A DNA stretch of 55,070 nucleotides, filler included, from Sphacelaria rigidula (GCA_964200075.2; 4 parts of 4 records of this genome joined end to end with filler, not necessarily neighbours in it), one strand, 5' to 3'. Numbered from the whole stretch's first letter, positions 26,137-39,330 are shown. Numbers and translations are program-made. The notes: generated from the letters alone by a model not told the origin.

Positions 26137-26479
26137 CATCCTGGGCACGAGAATGAGGAGGAACAGAGATCCAAGCGTATGTTTAGTCGAGTACTATTGA
26201 GTTCATCCTGCTGTGATCTACTTGTATGCGTGGCTGACTCCAACTGCGAGGTTACACCGTTCACCGTTCACTGCAATTATGTAGTGGCTGTATGCTGGGA
26301 AAGGTGACTGAACGTTTTACTGCGGCGTTTTCCCGTTTTTTTTTTGTATGTAGTGTCGCACGGCAAGCGTATGTTTTTCTTCCCTGCTTTCGTTTTTCGT
26401 CCGTCTCACGTCTTCTCTTCTGTGTCCGTTTTTTTTTTCCGTCTGATGATTCCCCTCCCTGTCCAAAAACACAACACAG

Positions 26480-26736
26480 ATTAGCATAGGATTGACTGTG
26501 ATCATGTCCGTCGTCAACCGCAACGAATGGCCGAGCATCCTGATGCTGGAGTGGAAGCCGGCCATATTGAAGTTGCAGCTGTGGCGCCTGATAGCCCCTT
26601 TCTTTTTCGTGGGACCCTTGGGATTGCAAGCCGCTTTAGCGGCGCACTTCCAGTGGACGTACATGAGCCAGCTGGAAAAATTGCACTACCGGGAGCCGCA
26701 CACGTTTGTCATGTTGTTGGCATTTGGAATGGTCAG
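26480..26736 (+). CDS. DER1: Internal exon of a Derlin (Der1-family) gene, probably plastid SELMA sDer1 type
   Basis: Polypyrimidine tract and CAG acceptor; CAG|GTGTGT donor. Translation ...NRNEWPSILMLEWKPAILKLQLWRLIAPFFFVGPLG...WTYMSQLEKLHY..P.TFVMLLAFG has the Derlin WR motif and the Y...LE motif. Confidence 0.85.
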
Positions 26737-26794
26737 GTGTGTACGCGCGTGTGTGCGTTTTGTGGTTGTTCGAGTGGCGGGTGGGTGGGGGGAC

Positions 26795-26864
26795 GGGGGG
26801 CATACTCATCTGTTGCTTCCCTTTTCGTTCGACCGTTGACCATGCATCCCTTTCGAGACGGAGC
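26795..26864 (-). mobile_element. LINE 3' tail fragment
   Basis: The reverse complement GCTCCGTCTCGAAAGGGATGCATGGTCAA...GCAACAGATGAGTATGCCCCCC matches 3834-3897. Confidence 0.85.
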
Positions 26865-27324
26865 ACTCATGATATTGCATGCCGTAATCATAAGACCGTT
26901 GACCTCGCATCCCTACAAAGCCGAGACGGGGCATACCGGGTTTTCGCCGGATCAGGCTCGCAATGACCTAGCGCGAAGCGCCGTAATGTGTTCGGCTAGT
27001 CGCATGAGGGGTGCCCTGCATCCCGCTAAGATTTTGTTCGGCGTCAAGCCTCGAATAAATTGCGTCGTGTTCTGGAATCGCCACTTCCAGGGACAATCAC
27101 GGGCTACACTGCTTCATGGATGTCTTATCATTTGAACACTACGTGATACGACCATCCCCTTTGCGCGAAGTTGAGGTCCTCTACCCCGCACAATATGATC
27201 TAATTCGACCACCATCATGGCCACCGCAAAAAAACGCAAGCGAGAAACAAACGGTAACCTTGCTGCCTAGCTTACGCAGTGGGTGGCGTGTGTTACAGCA
27301 TCGTTATCAATCGATGCCAACCCT
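26865..27324 (-). mobile_element. Long copy of the SINE-like non-autonomous retroposon
   Basis: Colinear with 51114-51603 from AGGGTTG to CATGAGT. Confidence 0.8.
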
Positions 27325-27443
27325 TGAAAAGGAAGAGGGGGGAGGGGGGAGGGGGGGGGGGGGGGGGGGCAGTGGGGTGGTGTTCGGCCGGTGGGGTTGT
27401 GTGGTGTGGTTGGGGGAGGGTCGACGGGGGCTCGCTGGGGCGG

Positions 27444-27477
<34 letters not shown>

Positions 27478-27488
27478 GTACTCATAAC

Positions 27489-27588
27489 NNNNNNNNNNNN
27501 NNNNNNNNNNNNNNNNNNNNNNNNNNNNNNNNTTAATTAATTAANNNNNNNNNNNNNNNNNNNNNNNNNNNNNNNNNNNNNNNNNNNN
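27489..27588. other. Artificial contig linker
   Basis: N44-TTAATTAATTAA-N44. Confidence 0.98.
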
Positions 27589-27942
27589 CAGAGATACAAT
27601 GTTGTAGGCGCCTTGCGGGCCGGCCTGCCTTCGTATTCCCGTCAAACATCACTCCACGCATTATGGAAAATAATTGTGCAGTAGAGACGCGAGCACAAGA
27701 AGAGTATTCTTCGGCCTGAGGCCGACTTCCGTGCAGCCTTACCACCAGGGGTTGTCGCCCGTGTTGGGTGATGTGGCGGTGGAGGTTTCTGCAAGGAGGC
27801 AATGTGGGAGTCCGTTGCTCATATTCGTTATCTTGTACATGTTCCGTCCCGTTTGTTGCGCCTGCCGCTGTCAATAAATGGGTACGGAGGTGCATTTCAC
27901 ACAACCCATAATTTCTTTGTTTTTATGTTCGTGACGTGTCAG

Positions 27943-30900
27943 GTGGGCTGGGCGGGTAGCCTTTCCCATCGTCTGTACCTTTTCCACAAGGCGATGGAAA
28001 TGGTGGCGGCCGACAGCAAGAGTGACGCCGGCGACGGTGATGGTGATTTACCGCGAGCTGGAGAAATGATGGGCGGCCTTGGTAGGCAATCCGAGACTCT
28101 GGCGGTGTTTCTCGGTCTGGAAGATGCGCCAGACGGACCCGCGGGTGAGAACCGATGCCTGTTTGAATTTTTTTTCGTGGTTTGCTTTTTTTCCGATTCT
28201 GATTCAGCAATAAAAGTGAATATTGACCAGAAAGAAAATGTTCAGTGCGAATTTTCTGGTGTTGGTTACGGGCAAAATATTCATGTGTTGTAACTGTGTT
28301 GGTGCGACCTTGGAACGTCCCGTGTTGTTTGTAATCATGAAATGATCACTTCATTAAACATGTGTATAATCCTTCGCTGCTGTCGGCTATTCCGCTTTGC
28401 CCTTAGTCGCCGGTCCCCCCTTTCCCTCGGCCACATCCTCTTCGTCTATCCGTCGCGCATCTTGTCATTCGATTCGTTTCAGATGAAGGCGACCTAGACT
28501 CGAAGGGCTCCGGTAAGGCTGCCGCCCGGCTGCAGCCCCGAACAGAAGAAGAGCGCCGACGAGCTGCTGCGCCGGTCATCGTCGCCCTTACGCTTCGCCT
28601 GAAGGTGCTTGCCTTGGCGGCCGCGCGAGGCCTCGGCGCAAGCTACTCCGCGTTTGCCGGCGGCGCCGCCGTGCCCGCGCTCGCGGGTCTGGTCGAGATA
28701 TTAGCCTTCGGACTCGCGAAGGCTGGCGCGAATCGGGCGCTGGCTCACAGAGTGCGGTTGGGTCGGGCGGGGAGAGCGGCTGTAGCTGCTAGGGCGGAAA
28801 TGACTGCTGCGGCGGCCCGCGCCCGATCTGTGGCGGCCGCCGCTGTGAAAGCCGAGGTCGATGTTGCCTCGGCACCCACAAGCGGTGTGCCTCCCGCTGC
28901 TGGAGGAGTACCCCCTCCGCCACCTCCGCCCCCTCCGTTGCTGCCACCGCACCTAGCTCAGACATTGCCCCCGCCACCACCGCCACCGCCACCGCCGAGC
29001 CCCGCTCCCGCGTCTGCGCCTTCACCACCGCCTCCTCCTGTGTCGTCGGCGCAGCCGGTTGCGGCGCCGCAGCCCCCGCGGCTGAAGGATCCATCAAAAG
29101 AGCCGCTGTTGCTGGTGGGAGACCTATTCACAGTGCCGGGACCGGGAGAGGCGGAGGAGGCTGAGCTTCGCTGGGAACAAGAGGAAGGGGCGTGTGTGTC
29201 GGAGCAAAGAGGACTGGAGGTGCGTGCTTGGAGTACAGCGTGTGGGGGAGAATTTTGTCGTGGTCTGCGTGTTGCTAGCTATACTGGGTAGTAGACAATA
29301 GCTCATATGGTATTCTGGCCGAGACAGGTGATTCGCGACTCTTTAAAATACCTCTTTCCATTGAATAGAGCAAGGCAAAACGTTTGTTCGCTACTCGCGA
29401 GGTGTCTTGTGTTGCTAGAGGTTCACTGAAGAGAACAAGGCTTTCTCTGTTGGAATTTCATCCTTCTTCGTTTCTCCGCTTTCTCGGTGCATAACGTTGC
29501 TTCGTCAACCCCCTCTGCACCTCAACGTGTGAAAACAGGCTGCTGAACACGAAGCACGTTTGTTGAGTTGTGCTGTGCCGGCTTTACGCCTGTTGCGGCA
29601 TTGCCTCGGTCGACTGGCGGATGCAGGCGCGCAGCCGCCGGTGGGCCCGCTGGATGCGGTGGCAGCCCTCCTTGATTTCGAGGTCGGTGGAATCTATTTG
29701 CGTCGAAGGTCGCTCGTAGGACGGGGTACGTTGAAGTGTGATTGCGCTACTCTTGGGTTGTGTTTTATGTCTTGGAGAAGAATTTCGCCGGGGGTCACAC
29801 GCCAACTGAAAATGGACATAACAAACTCGTGTCCTGCGCAAACGGTAATGTCGTGTGGTTGGTCTTCGCACCGTACGTATACTTGTTTATTGTGATGTTT
29901 CAGGTAGCGCAACGCGTCATGAACGCCGCTAACCTTCTACGCCTTACCTCAGGCGCAATTGACACTTCCTGCCCCTACCCCGCGCCCACGAACCTCCTAC
30001 AGGCGGCGTTGGCCATGCTGCCGTTGGATGCGTCATCTTTCACACCTTCGGGAGCCGACACGGCGCCAGACGCGGTGGCGTGGGATTCCGGGGCGACGCC
30101 TTTGGTAGGTCTAGCCTTGCGCGCAGAAGCGCTCGTGCTTAGCTCCTGCCGCCTCTGGTGCCCGCCTCGCCCGTGGTCTAGACTTCGCGGCTTCGGCAAC
30201 AGCAGCAACAGCAGCAGCGGCGCCAGTGGCGCCAATGGCGCCAATGGCGATGACGTGAAGTTGCGCGGGAGAGGGGGGTCGTTCCTTCACCGCGTAGCAG
30301 CGCACGCACTAGCATGTCCTGCGAACCACCTCAGCGGAGTGCGGCTCCTCGCTGCCCTGTTGCCTCCCGAAACTCCAACGCCGCTGCACCGGCTAGCAAC
30401 GCCGGAGACGAGAGCAGCGGCGGCGGCGGCTGGAGTGGCGGCCACGACGACCGCCGACGCCGGGGGCGGCGGAGGGATGGGATCAGGATCGGGTTCGGAA
30501 GGAAGTATGTCCGTGTCTGGTGTTCGGCGTTTAGTGGGCCGGGTGCACACGGCAGCCGCGTTGGAGCGATCAGAGGGGTTCCGTCGGCAGGCCGTGGCTG
30601 TCCTGGAACGGCGAGTTAGCGAGGTGCGCAGTAGGTGGGACCTGTGCATCGCGGGCGACCTGTTCCCTCGGCGGAACAATGGGAGCGTCGCAGGCGCCGA
30701 CAAGGAGCGTGAGGAGGACGGGAAACACGCGCCACATACAGGGCGTGATGAGGGTAGCGAGGATGAAGGATGGCGACCAATGCTTGCGGTGAACCCAATG
30801 ATGGCGGTGACAGCCCCGGCTGTGACGAACGTGCCGGCGGTCGTCGTTAATCTCTGCCACTCGACATCGCCTGTGCTGCAAGCGCGAGTGCTTGAGTTGG

Positions 30901-33900
30901 CGAGAAGGTGAGATTGTGCGAGTTTTTGGTGCCAGAAGAATGGTGACTGCATGCCATGTTCATTGAGGCGGGAGATGAAGATAAATGAACGACACAGCCG
31001 TTCGAGACGGATACTGTAGTCCTCCTTGACTCTCGAGGTTGCAACGCTGCTGCAAGAAGGTTTTGGGTCACATGCTTAACCGAAGTAGACTATAACGCTT
31101 CTGCTGTTTGTTCCACCCTCCATCGTGTCGACCAGGGCGGTGGATGTAGGCCCAATGACAGCACGGGCTCTGTGCGCAGCGCTTGTACGAGCTCTGATCA
31201 GCTCTATCGAGCGCTGCATCGGCCAATCGCGGCCGCTAGGTGGACGGGTGAGTCATCTCTCCCTACTTCTGTGCGTGGGTCACGATCAACCAGTTGCAAA
31301 CCTGGTCCAACGTTTTGATGTTATTGGGTGACTCCAACCCATCGCGAATTTTTATAGTTAGAATGCAATTTTTTTCAACTGCCGTCTCGTGACCCATATG
31401 CTCCGCTGTTGCATACCACATAACGCGGGTATTCATGTGCAGAACTGGAAAGGAAAGTCCTCTCGTGGATTTTGCCCTGTTGAATCATCAAGAACTCCAC
31501 TGCCTCTCACTTTGTATTGACTTGCAAAGCGTGTGGTGGCGACAAATGTCGAAGCCTCCAACGAATACAGTACTCGTCGTCACAATTCCCTCACAGAAGT
31601 GCTCGAGAGATGGTCACCATGTCCCAACCCACGCACTCCATATCTCCCCCTCCGTCTGTCTTCACAGTCTGAAAAAGATCGCGATCACTCTTGGGAGCCG
31701 GTGACCCGGCTGTTGGGTGTGATATTGGCAATAGCGGACAAGCCGCGTTCGGCGTCCGGACGGGTAGGCCTCCTGCTCGGGGGGGTGGTGGAGGCCCTCA
31801 TGCCTTGTCTGGGTCTGCCCAAGCCTGAGGTCATCCGTTCCGCTCTTGAGGTGGGTACATCTGTTCACTTCATTTGCATTTTTTAAAAATGTTGCGTTCG
31901 TTCTAAAAGTATTGCATAGCACGTACCATGCTCCCTTTCCATTCCCTCCCCTCGTCCCTCCTCCCTCCTACCATCGCCCCATGTCGCTGCCGCTGTCTTT
32001 ACCCCGGGCTGATACGCCTCCGCTCCCGTGCCGTTACTTCCCGCCACATTTTCCGACATGTGTTTTTTTCTCAACGTTTGAGCAGGTATTGTGCAGCCTT
32101 GTGGAGGGTGCTCGGTTGTCGGAGGTCAGGCGGTACTCGGAACCCCCTTGTTCATTTGCCACGCTCGCCACAGCGTCCAGGAATGTCGTGGCGAAATGGT
32201 GCGTGTGTAGGAGCGTAGGTAATTTCCCCCCCTTGTTGTTGTTGTTGGTGGTGGTGGTGGTGTTCTTGTTGTTGTTCACCCCTTCAGTGAAACGCCCGAA
32301 TCAAGTTCGCTGCAAGTCAAGGAAGGACACAAGCGGTGGATTCGGTTCGCCCGGGGTCTAGAAGGTGTCCAATATGCGGCCGCAGAAGTCGACAAAATGT
32401 CACGCGTTTGCCTCGTGGTCTGCTGTTGTGTGTATGTGTTTTTTTGTCTCCATCTTGGCGAAAAGGACTCGGGCACCCGCCCCGCCCCAAGCCTCTTCGT
32501 GTTTGTTGCCCATGAAATATTTTGCATGTCCATAGGATAAGGTTGTCAATGTAGCCCTGCCCCTTTTTCTGTACGTCCTCAACCAGGCATCGTGTTGACC
32601 TGCACGTGCATGCGTGGGGAGCACGACTGCTGGCTACCCTGGCGGCGCAGCCGTCGTGCGCGGCGGATGCTCTGCAGGCTCTGCGCCCCCGTGGGGCTGA
32701 GGCCGCTGGAGTGGAGGCTCAGGAGGGTAAAACCACTATGCTGCTTCCCCGCCTGTATGCAGGTCTCCAGAAGGGGCTCGAGGATACAGGTGAACACGAG
32801 ATTACACGTTGGCATAACAAGTAGGGCGGCTGTGAAAGAGGTCGTGTCTTTTTGGCAACCGTTTATTGGATGGATTTTGCTGTAAAAGACGAGGGGCGGG
32901 AGGTGGGGAGGCTCGGAGCCGTTTTTGAGGTAATCATCTTGTTCGCATGTGTATGTGTGAGAGACTGAATAGAGTTGGCATTTAGTTTCTTTGGCGGCGC
33001 TACGTTACCTTATGTTTGATGTGTGGGACGTTAGATGTTGCACTGGGTATATACGTTGCCGCAGGGTGTCCCGAAACCGGGACGGCCCTCCGCTCAGCCC
33101 AGCGTTGGTTGGTTCGTTGACCTGAACATCACGTCGCTACTTTCGTTCTTGCCTCTGCCGGTGCCTCATTCCCATCATAACTCGGCCCCCTCTCGACGTG
33201 ATTCGTGTTCAGTAACCTGCGCCAATAGCCGTCGCCCACGCGTTTGTGTTATTGGTTGCTTGTCAATGCTCCTGTACCTCTAGGGAATCGATATCGTCAT
33301 CGGCTTACTCTACTGAAGGGGGGGAAATCCCAGGAGCAAAAGGGGCTCGATTTGGATCGACGAGTGCTCCGCCTGCTCCGAGCCGCATCCTGGGCGATTC
33401 AGGTGTGACGTATGCGGCGGGCGCGCTGTGGGTGGGGGGTGATGTATGTTGTTGCGGTAGTATATATATATATATATATATATTTCTTGACTCTTGGCGC
33501 TGCGCGTGTATGTGGTGTGTGTGTGAGAGAGTTTCTTTTTTTTTTTGCGTTGTTTTGCCCCCGTGATTTGTGTCAATCGCTGAGTCGATGCCGACCATGC
33601 TTGTGCCTTGTGTGCGTATGCGTGTGCATATGCTGTACCCTGGCCGATTGGGTTACCAAATACTGGATTTGACTACCCGGTGTACAGTTACTACGTGGGT
33701 TAGGGTTAGGTTGGAGTTCCAGCCTGTTCTGCACCACGTGCGAGACTGGATCACCTTCTGTCACAATATGTATTATGCATTGTTTCCGGCGCGACAGGTT
33801 CCCCTAGCGCTAATGGAAGAGGGCTTGGTAGACGCGACGGTCGTGGCTGGAGTTCTGTGTCCGAAGGGGAAGGCGTCTCCTGAAGACGAGCCCTTGTTCA

Positions 33901-36900
33901 AGGTTCAGAAAGCTGCGACGACCTTCCGCGATATGAGAGCAGAGATCGTGCGAACACTCAAGGCAAGAGCCTTCACTCGACATTGTTTTCAGCGGCCGAT
34001 ATATACTCGTAGCTTTCTCGGGAATCTTGCAATATTTTCTTTTTCTTCACCAGCGTGACCCAAGTCACAGCAGCGATAGTACGCAAGCTGTGAATACCAA
34101 ACTACAGCATCAAGGTTGGAGTGCGCTTGTGGCAAGGACGGTCCCATGTTTGACAGGAAAGAAAGTACCCTTGACCATACTGTGTTTTTTAGTTGCTTCC
34201 TGTGGGGAAGTGGATGTTCAAAACACCGCTGGGCGATATTCTTACCTCCGAGGACAAGGGACTCACAGACGTGGACTTTGCTCGGAGTACATAGTTGGAC
34301 TTATCGCCGCAAGAGAAGGGAAAAAAAAACGAGTTGCATCATGTTTGAAACGTACAACATGTAGATAAACAGCCCACCCGGTTCTGATGTTATGGTTATG
34401 CGTGCATTGCGACCTTGCTCTGCTCCCCCCTATAATAGGCCGAAGCGACAAGAGTAATCGACTCGGCGTTATACGAGACCGGCGGTGGAGATGGAAGCAG
34501 TTCCGCGGTGAGCGGTGCGCATGCTGTGCTTGCCGCGTTGCTGGCAACAGACCGCTATTCGCTTGCGCTCGTCAAGGGAACCGGCCGACTGTGGGCAGCG
34601 TGTGAAGCGGTGAGAGTAAAAATGGGGTTCGTGTGCTTCGTCATGAGAACAATTTTATGATCGTTGTATAGGGTTCTGGGCTTTCGTGATGAACACTCTC
34701 TGGTAAATGTTTCACACTACATGCCTAGGCATCCTTGTCTACTTGTTTCCATCGGAGCTTTTTTGGTGGTGGTGGTGGCGGTTACTATTTATAGCTGCCG
34801 AAGGTCCAGTGCCTGAACTCGGGAGCGAATGGCCGATAGCGAAAATAAAAGGAAACGATGTTGAGCATGTGCAGCTGCTGTGTGTTTGAGGCTCAGTGTG
34901 TGTGTCGGCTGTGCAGGCATATGTAATATATCACTGTCTTTGCGTACAAGGACGTACGTGCCGCTTATATTGGACAAGCCCGAACGACCCGTGCGTTTTA
35001 CCACCCCACTCGCCGGGAATGCCGAAGGGGTTCTCACGCAAACAAGTGCGACGAGAAGACTCGAGTAGCGGTAGCGAGAGGAAAAGAAGCGCGAATTTTC
35101 GTGCGCAGCCGGAGTCCTTGGCATTGGTATTTGGAGCGAGGTCTTTTTACGTTTTGTAGCGTAGGCCCTTCGACCGAATCGCGTTCCTCCCATTATTTTG
35201 CAGATGGGAACATCACCAATCGTGACTTTGCATCTATTTTCGTATATTGTGCACATTTTACCCAGGTACGAGGAACGTCGACTAGCAGAAATCCGCTGTC
35301 TCGAGAGGAGAGCACGGGCGGCACTGGTACCGCGGAAGAGTGGTTCTCGTCGGCATCTAGACGCCTGGTGGCAACTTGGCAGGTATGTGATGTGTTCGGG
35401 GTGCTTTGCGCTAGCGAGGGCCGTGCACTGTTACAACATTGCAGGTGTTTTTGCTTGCGGGGATGGGAGAGCGCAGCTTGCGCGTTTACACGTCGAGCAG
35501 AATAGGCGGAGCCACTGTCAGTCAACGGATGTTTGTGTACACATACGCATCTTTGATATGACGGTCCTCTATCGCGAGATACATCCAAAGCACATTCTGT
35601 CGTCCTGGTTCTCCGGCGGGGTCTGATCGTTGCTGGTCCCGTGTTGTGAAGGCCAGGTCTATGGCGGAGAAGAGGCATGGGAATCCGGACCTACCAGTTT
35701 CCATCCGCCTCGTTGGTGGCACGGTTGACGCTTTTCAATGTGTAGTCAAAGAGCCAAACTTTTTTCAAAAGTTGACGCAATTCACAACGCTCAACTTTTC
35801 AGTGTTCAAACCCCTTCAGAAGGATCGACGAATGGACACTGCGTGATGCACCATTCGCACCTCTGCGTCTTGAGGCGAACATCATTCGTTTATCTCTATC
35901 TTTTTTCGCTTTACTATTTCTTGCCGGACACTCGGTGGGTTTTACAGGCTGGCAAAGGGGCGGAGCGGGGAAGCGCAGGCGCCAACGCCGGCGTGGGTCT
36001 TTGGGAGGAACTGCAGCCAGGAAGGGACGCGTGGCTCGAGACGGGACCGTGCATGGGCCGCGGGCGACTTCCGGCGGTGATGTCGGACGAGGGACTGTCG
36101 TTGGCTGTTCTATGGCGGACGGAAAGCGTAAATATCGACAAGGTGCGCCTCTCGTACTCGCTGTGAACTGTAGCGCGCGCACAGGAGAGGTACAGTGGGT
36201 GCTGTTGCGGTGTCTGTACGCTGCGGATGGAGGGTGGGGGGTTGGGACATGCCGGGTTCTTGAATATCCTTTTACTCGACACAACAGCTCCGGTACCGTG
36301 TCCGCTTGAGGTGCTATTTGCTGAGAGGGGCGAAGACGTGGTGGATGTTTGTGATATCTACCCGCTATTTGGCACTCACCCTACAGTTGCACGGTATACG
36401 TGACGCAGTCGCTTGCTTTATTCACCATTTCCCCCTCATTTCCCCCCAAAGAAATATCACATGCGTCCCTCCACCCAGCCCCAACTGTCCTTTGTTCTCC
36501 TGAACTTCTCTAAAACCAAGTTACGAGCCAACCTCAGGAACTGACACGAACTCTGATTCCCACTATATCGTCATCACCCCAGGTATTCGAGTACAAACCT
36601 GTTCTCGACAAGGCCAGAGCGAAGCGGGGCCTCGATCCGGTCGACACATCAGCGGGCCGTTTGTTCAAGCGCACCCGCCCAGCCTTCCTCTCCGCCTCAT
36701 CCACTGGCGACCCTTCGTCCTCCACAGACAGCAACTCCGGCGGCAGTGGGCGGTTTCGCGCTCGCCCGGCCGCCCGCCCCACGGGTACCAGCACCAACGC
36801 CGCGGCTGCAGCAGTGGCGGCGGCCGGATCGGCAGCGCGAAAACGCGCTAGAGAGGGCGCCGCGGGCGGTAAGAGAGACACGACGGCGGGGAGCAAAGGG

Positions 36901-37751
36901 TTCGGGATAGGGCTTTTGTCGCGTACGAGTGGCAGCGGTGGTGGTGGTGGTGGTGGTGGTGGGCTGCCCACGACGCTGACGGCGTTGATGGATATAGCAA
37001 AAAAGACCCCGAGCGAGTATACAAAGGTAAGAAGGGTAAAATGATGGTGGCTCCGGGCTGGGAGCTTATTTCCCCGCGTTTGTGTCGCGCATGGAGGTAG
37101 TTTGTTCTCATCTTGTTAGGTCGGGGCAGGATGGGCCTGTGATTCGGCGTCGTGCATGGGGTAGATGGTATTTACCGTGTTGGGGTGGAGCATGGTGGGC
37201 CCGTGACCCGACCTTTTAGTGTGGCCTCCCTTCATTAACCGCTGTATTTTGTTCTGGGAGCGCTTTGTGGACTCGACAACGCGAGGAGTACACACATGTT
37301 GTGCCTGTATCTCTGTTGCGCTTGGTTTTGTGTTACGATACACACGGGTAGCAAGTACCAATCTTCCCCTCGACGGGAATGGATGCTTACGAGCGTGGTG
37401 AAACGAGCCAAGGCTTAACTCACTATCTCTTGGAGGAGGTTGATGAAGTTTTGGTAAAAGTTGTTGCGAAAAGCGATATGTATGCACCTAGGATGTCATG
37501 AGTGCTGTGCACTGTTTTTTTTCGCCGTGGAAGGTACCAACCTCCCGCCTCTCCCTCGCGCGCTCTCTTTGCTTCGTTCCTAGATCGTAAAAGAGAACCC
37601 TAGATTATTGGAGCAGCTCGAGAGGAAAGCGACGGTTGCCGGCACTCAGAGCAGAGCACCTGCACGTCCAGGTGCAGCTGCAGATCCCAGACGGGCAGCT
37701 GACCCCCGGCGAGCTGACCCGAGACGTGATCCCCGCCGCCGTGGGAAATAA
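27943..37751 (+). CDS. 3' portion of a large multi-exon gene; Ala/Leu-rich helical protein with a poly-Pro tract and C-terminal DPRR repeats, function unknown
   Basis: Phase-compatible exons: 27943-28144, 28483-29219, 29539-29682, 29904-30907, 31136-31247, 31668-31850, 32086-32198, 32587-32789, 33065-33107, 33284-33431, 33798-33962 (GC donor; or ending at 33902), 34439-34609, 35266-35382, 35948-36142, 36538-37026, 37584-37751 (TAA). They splice into one open frame ending ADPRRAADPRRADPRRDPRRRGK*. Confidence 0.85.
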
Positions 37752-39256
37752 ATGGGCGAATCGACAGTGTTGGATATGTAGATTGAGGGCGATAAATAGC
37801 GGCTCCACGTCAAAAATAGAAATGGTTGCGGATCGTGCAGTGTTATATGACTTGGTTTTTGAACACGCAGTTGCCCTGTAAGTAGGTACGCAAGCAGAGG
37901 CGGGATCGTGTTAGTGTTGTCTGCTGTTGTAATTTGCAAATGACGTGTGAACATGTGGCCGTAGGTTCCGGATGTGGACTTCCTGGGTTAGCAGCGTAGT
38001 TGCCATGCCCATGCTAGCGGTGGTGGATGTGTATTTTTGTCACGTGAGCTGTAGTACTTCGATATCATGACACTGTGCATCGTGAGGAAAAAATGTTTGT
38101 TGCAGCGTGCACAACGTCCCCGTGGGTTCCCGCTGTCGCTGTACGCACGCCAATCGATTAACTACGACGAGAGATATGACAGGCCGCGGTCACGGTGCCG
38201 TGAAGCGAAGGCATCCCAAACGACGATTTAGGCTGAGAAGATCCAGTGGGAAATGTCTCTCAGTTCGAGCTTGAATACACGCACCACGCAGAGCACGTGG
38301 GAAACATGATGAGGTGTTACACGCATACCGTAATGCGATGTACTCGCTAGCGACAGTGTGCCCTTGGAACAGGATACGTGTATCTGCGTGCTCACGATGT
38401 CTTCGCCCTTCTGTATATGCCCTCTCTACGTGTGCACTCGTCTCGTCTACTCAAGTTGCCGTTCGCTTGGCGCGTCTCTCCTTTCCGGTGTAGACATGAC
38501 GATGGTTGATTCAGTCACTAAATTTGGTGTATTTTATATAATGAACTCAAGCAAAAGCATGCTCTCTCGCACTGTGTGCGCTGTTGCTCCATGCACCGCG
38601 CGTGTGCTGTGTACGCCGCAACACCTGTATTGACACATGACGGTACGGTGCACGATAGTATTCAGACCCTACGCAGACAAAAATTGTGGGCACGCAGGGT
38701 TCATCGGCATCATTTGGGAGTTGGTGTGTCACGATATACCGGCGTGTGAACATGCAAATAATCGTTTTGCTGAGGCGGTTAGCTCTGAAATATGACAAGA
38801 TCAAGATACAAACTGCATTCTGTTACCTTCCGACATTATTAGCTATTTTTCGGTGAAGACATCAAGATCGTTGTGTACATCTCGCTCGACTGCCATACAT
38901 ATAATCCCAGTAGTCTCTTTTGATTTCGGGTCTACGAAGAAAGGATCGTGGTTGATTATTGGCACAGGTCGTTCGGTTGTGGCGGAGGCTGAATAGTCGG
39001 CAAGTAACTTCGAGCTGCAAATCCATCATATACCAGCCCCGAGTCTAAGATGATGCAAGCTGTCCGTCAACCATGTCCCTGAAGCGATCATGTGAACTTT
39101 GAACCACCAGATAGCGCGCTCACTGGTTCGACGGTCAAATACCCGCCGTAGAAACAAAACATGTGTTGTTAGCCGTAGGATCACATGATATATATCTCCG
39201 GCGCCGCACCCCTCGCATGCTGGGCTGTTCACATTTCAAATCCCACGAACAAACGA

Positions 39257-39330
39257 TCGTCTGGGGACTCGAACCCCCGATCTCCTGTGCCGCAAGCGTG
39301 CATTTGACCTTTGAACCAGTAAGCGACTGG
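39257..39330 (-). other. Degenerate tRNA-like sequence (pseudogene or SINE head)
   Basis: The minus strand has an A-box-like TGGTTCAAAGG and a T-arm GGGGGTTCGAGTCCCC. No convincing acceptor or anticodon stems. Confidence 0.4.

Noticed and set aside
26480..28144. Derlin exon joined to the large contig-3 gene
   Set aside because: The two are separated by an artificial linker and the sequences are unrelated.
33697..33712. TTAGGG telomeric repeats (also ~18686)
   Set aside because: Only about two units and interstitial, so not a telomere.
34795..34889. Possible extra exon AAEGPVPELGSEWPIAK
   Set aside because: Its phase is incompatible with the flanking phase-0 exons, which join cleanly without it.
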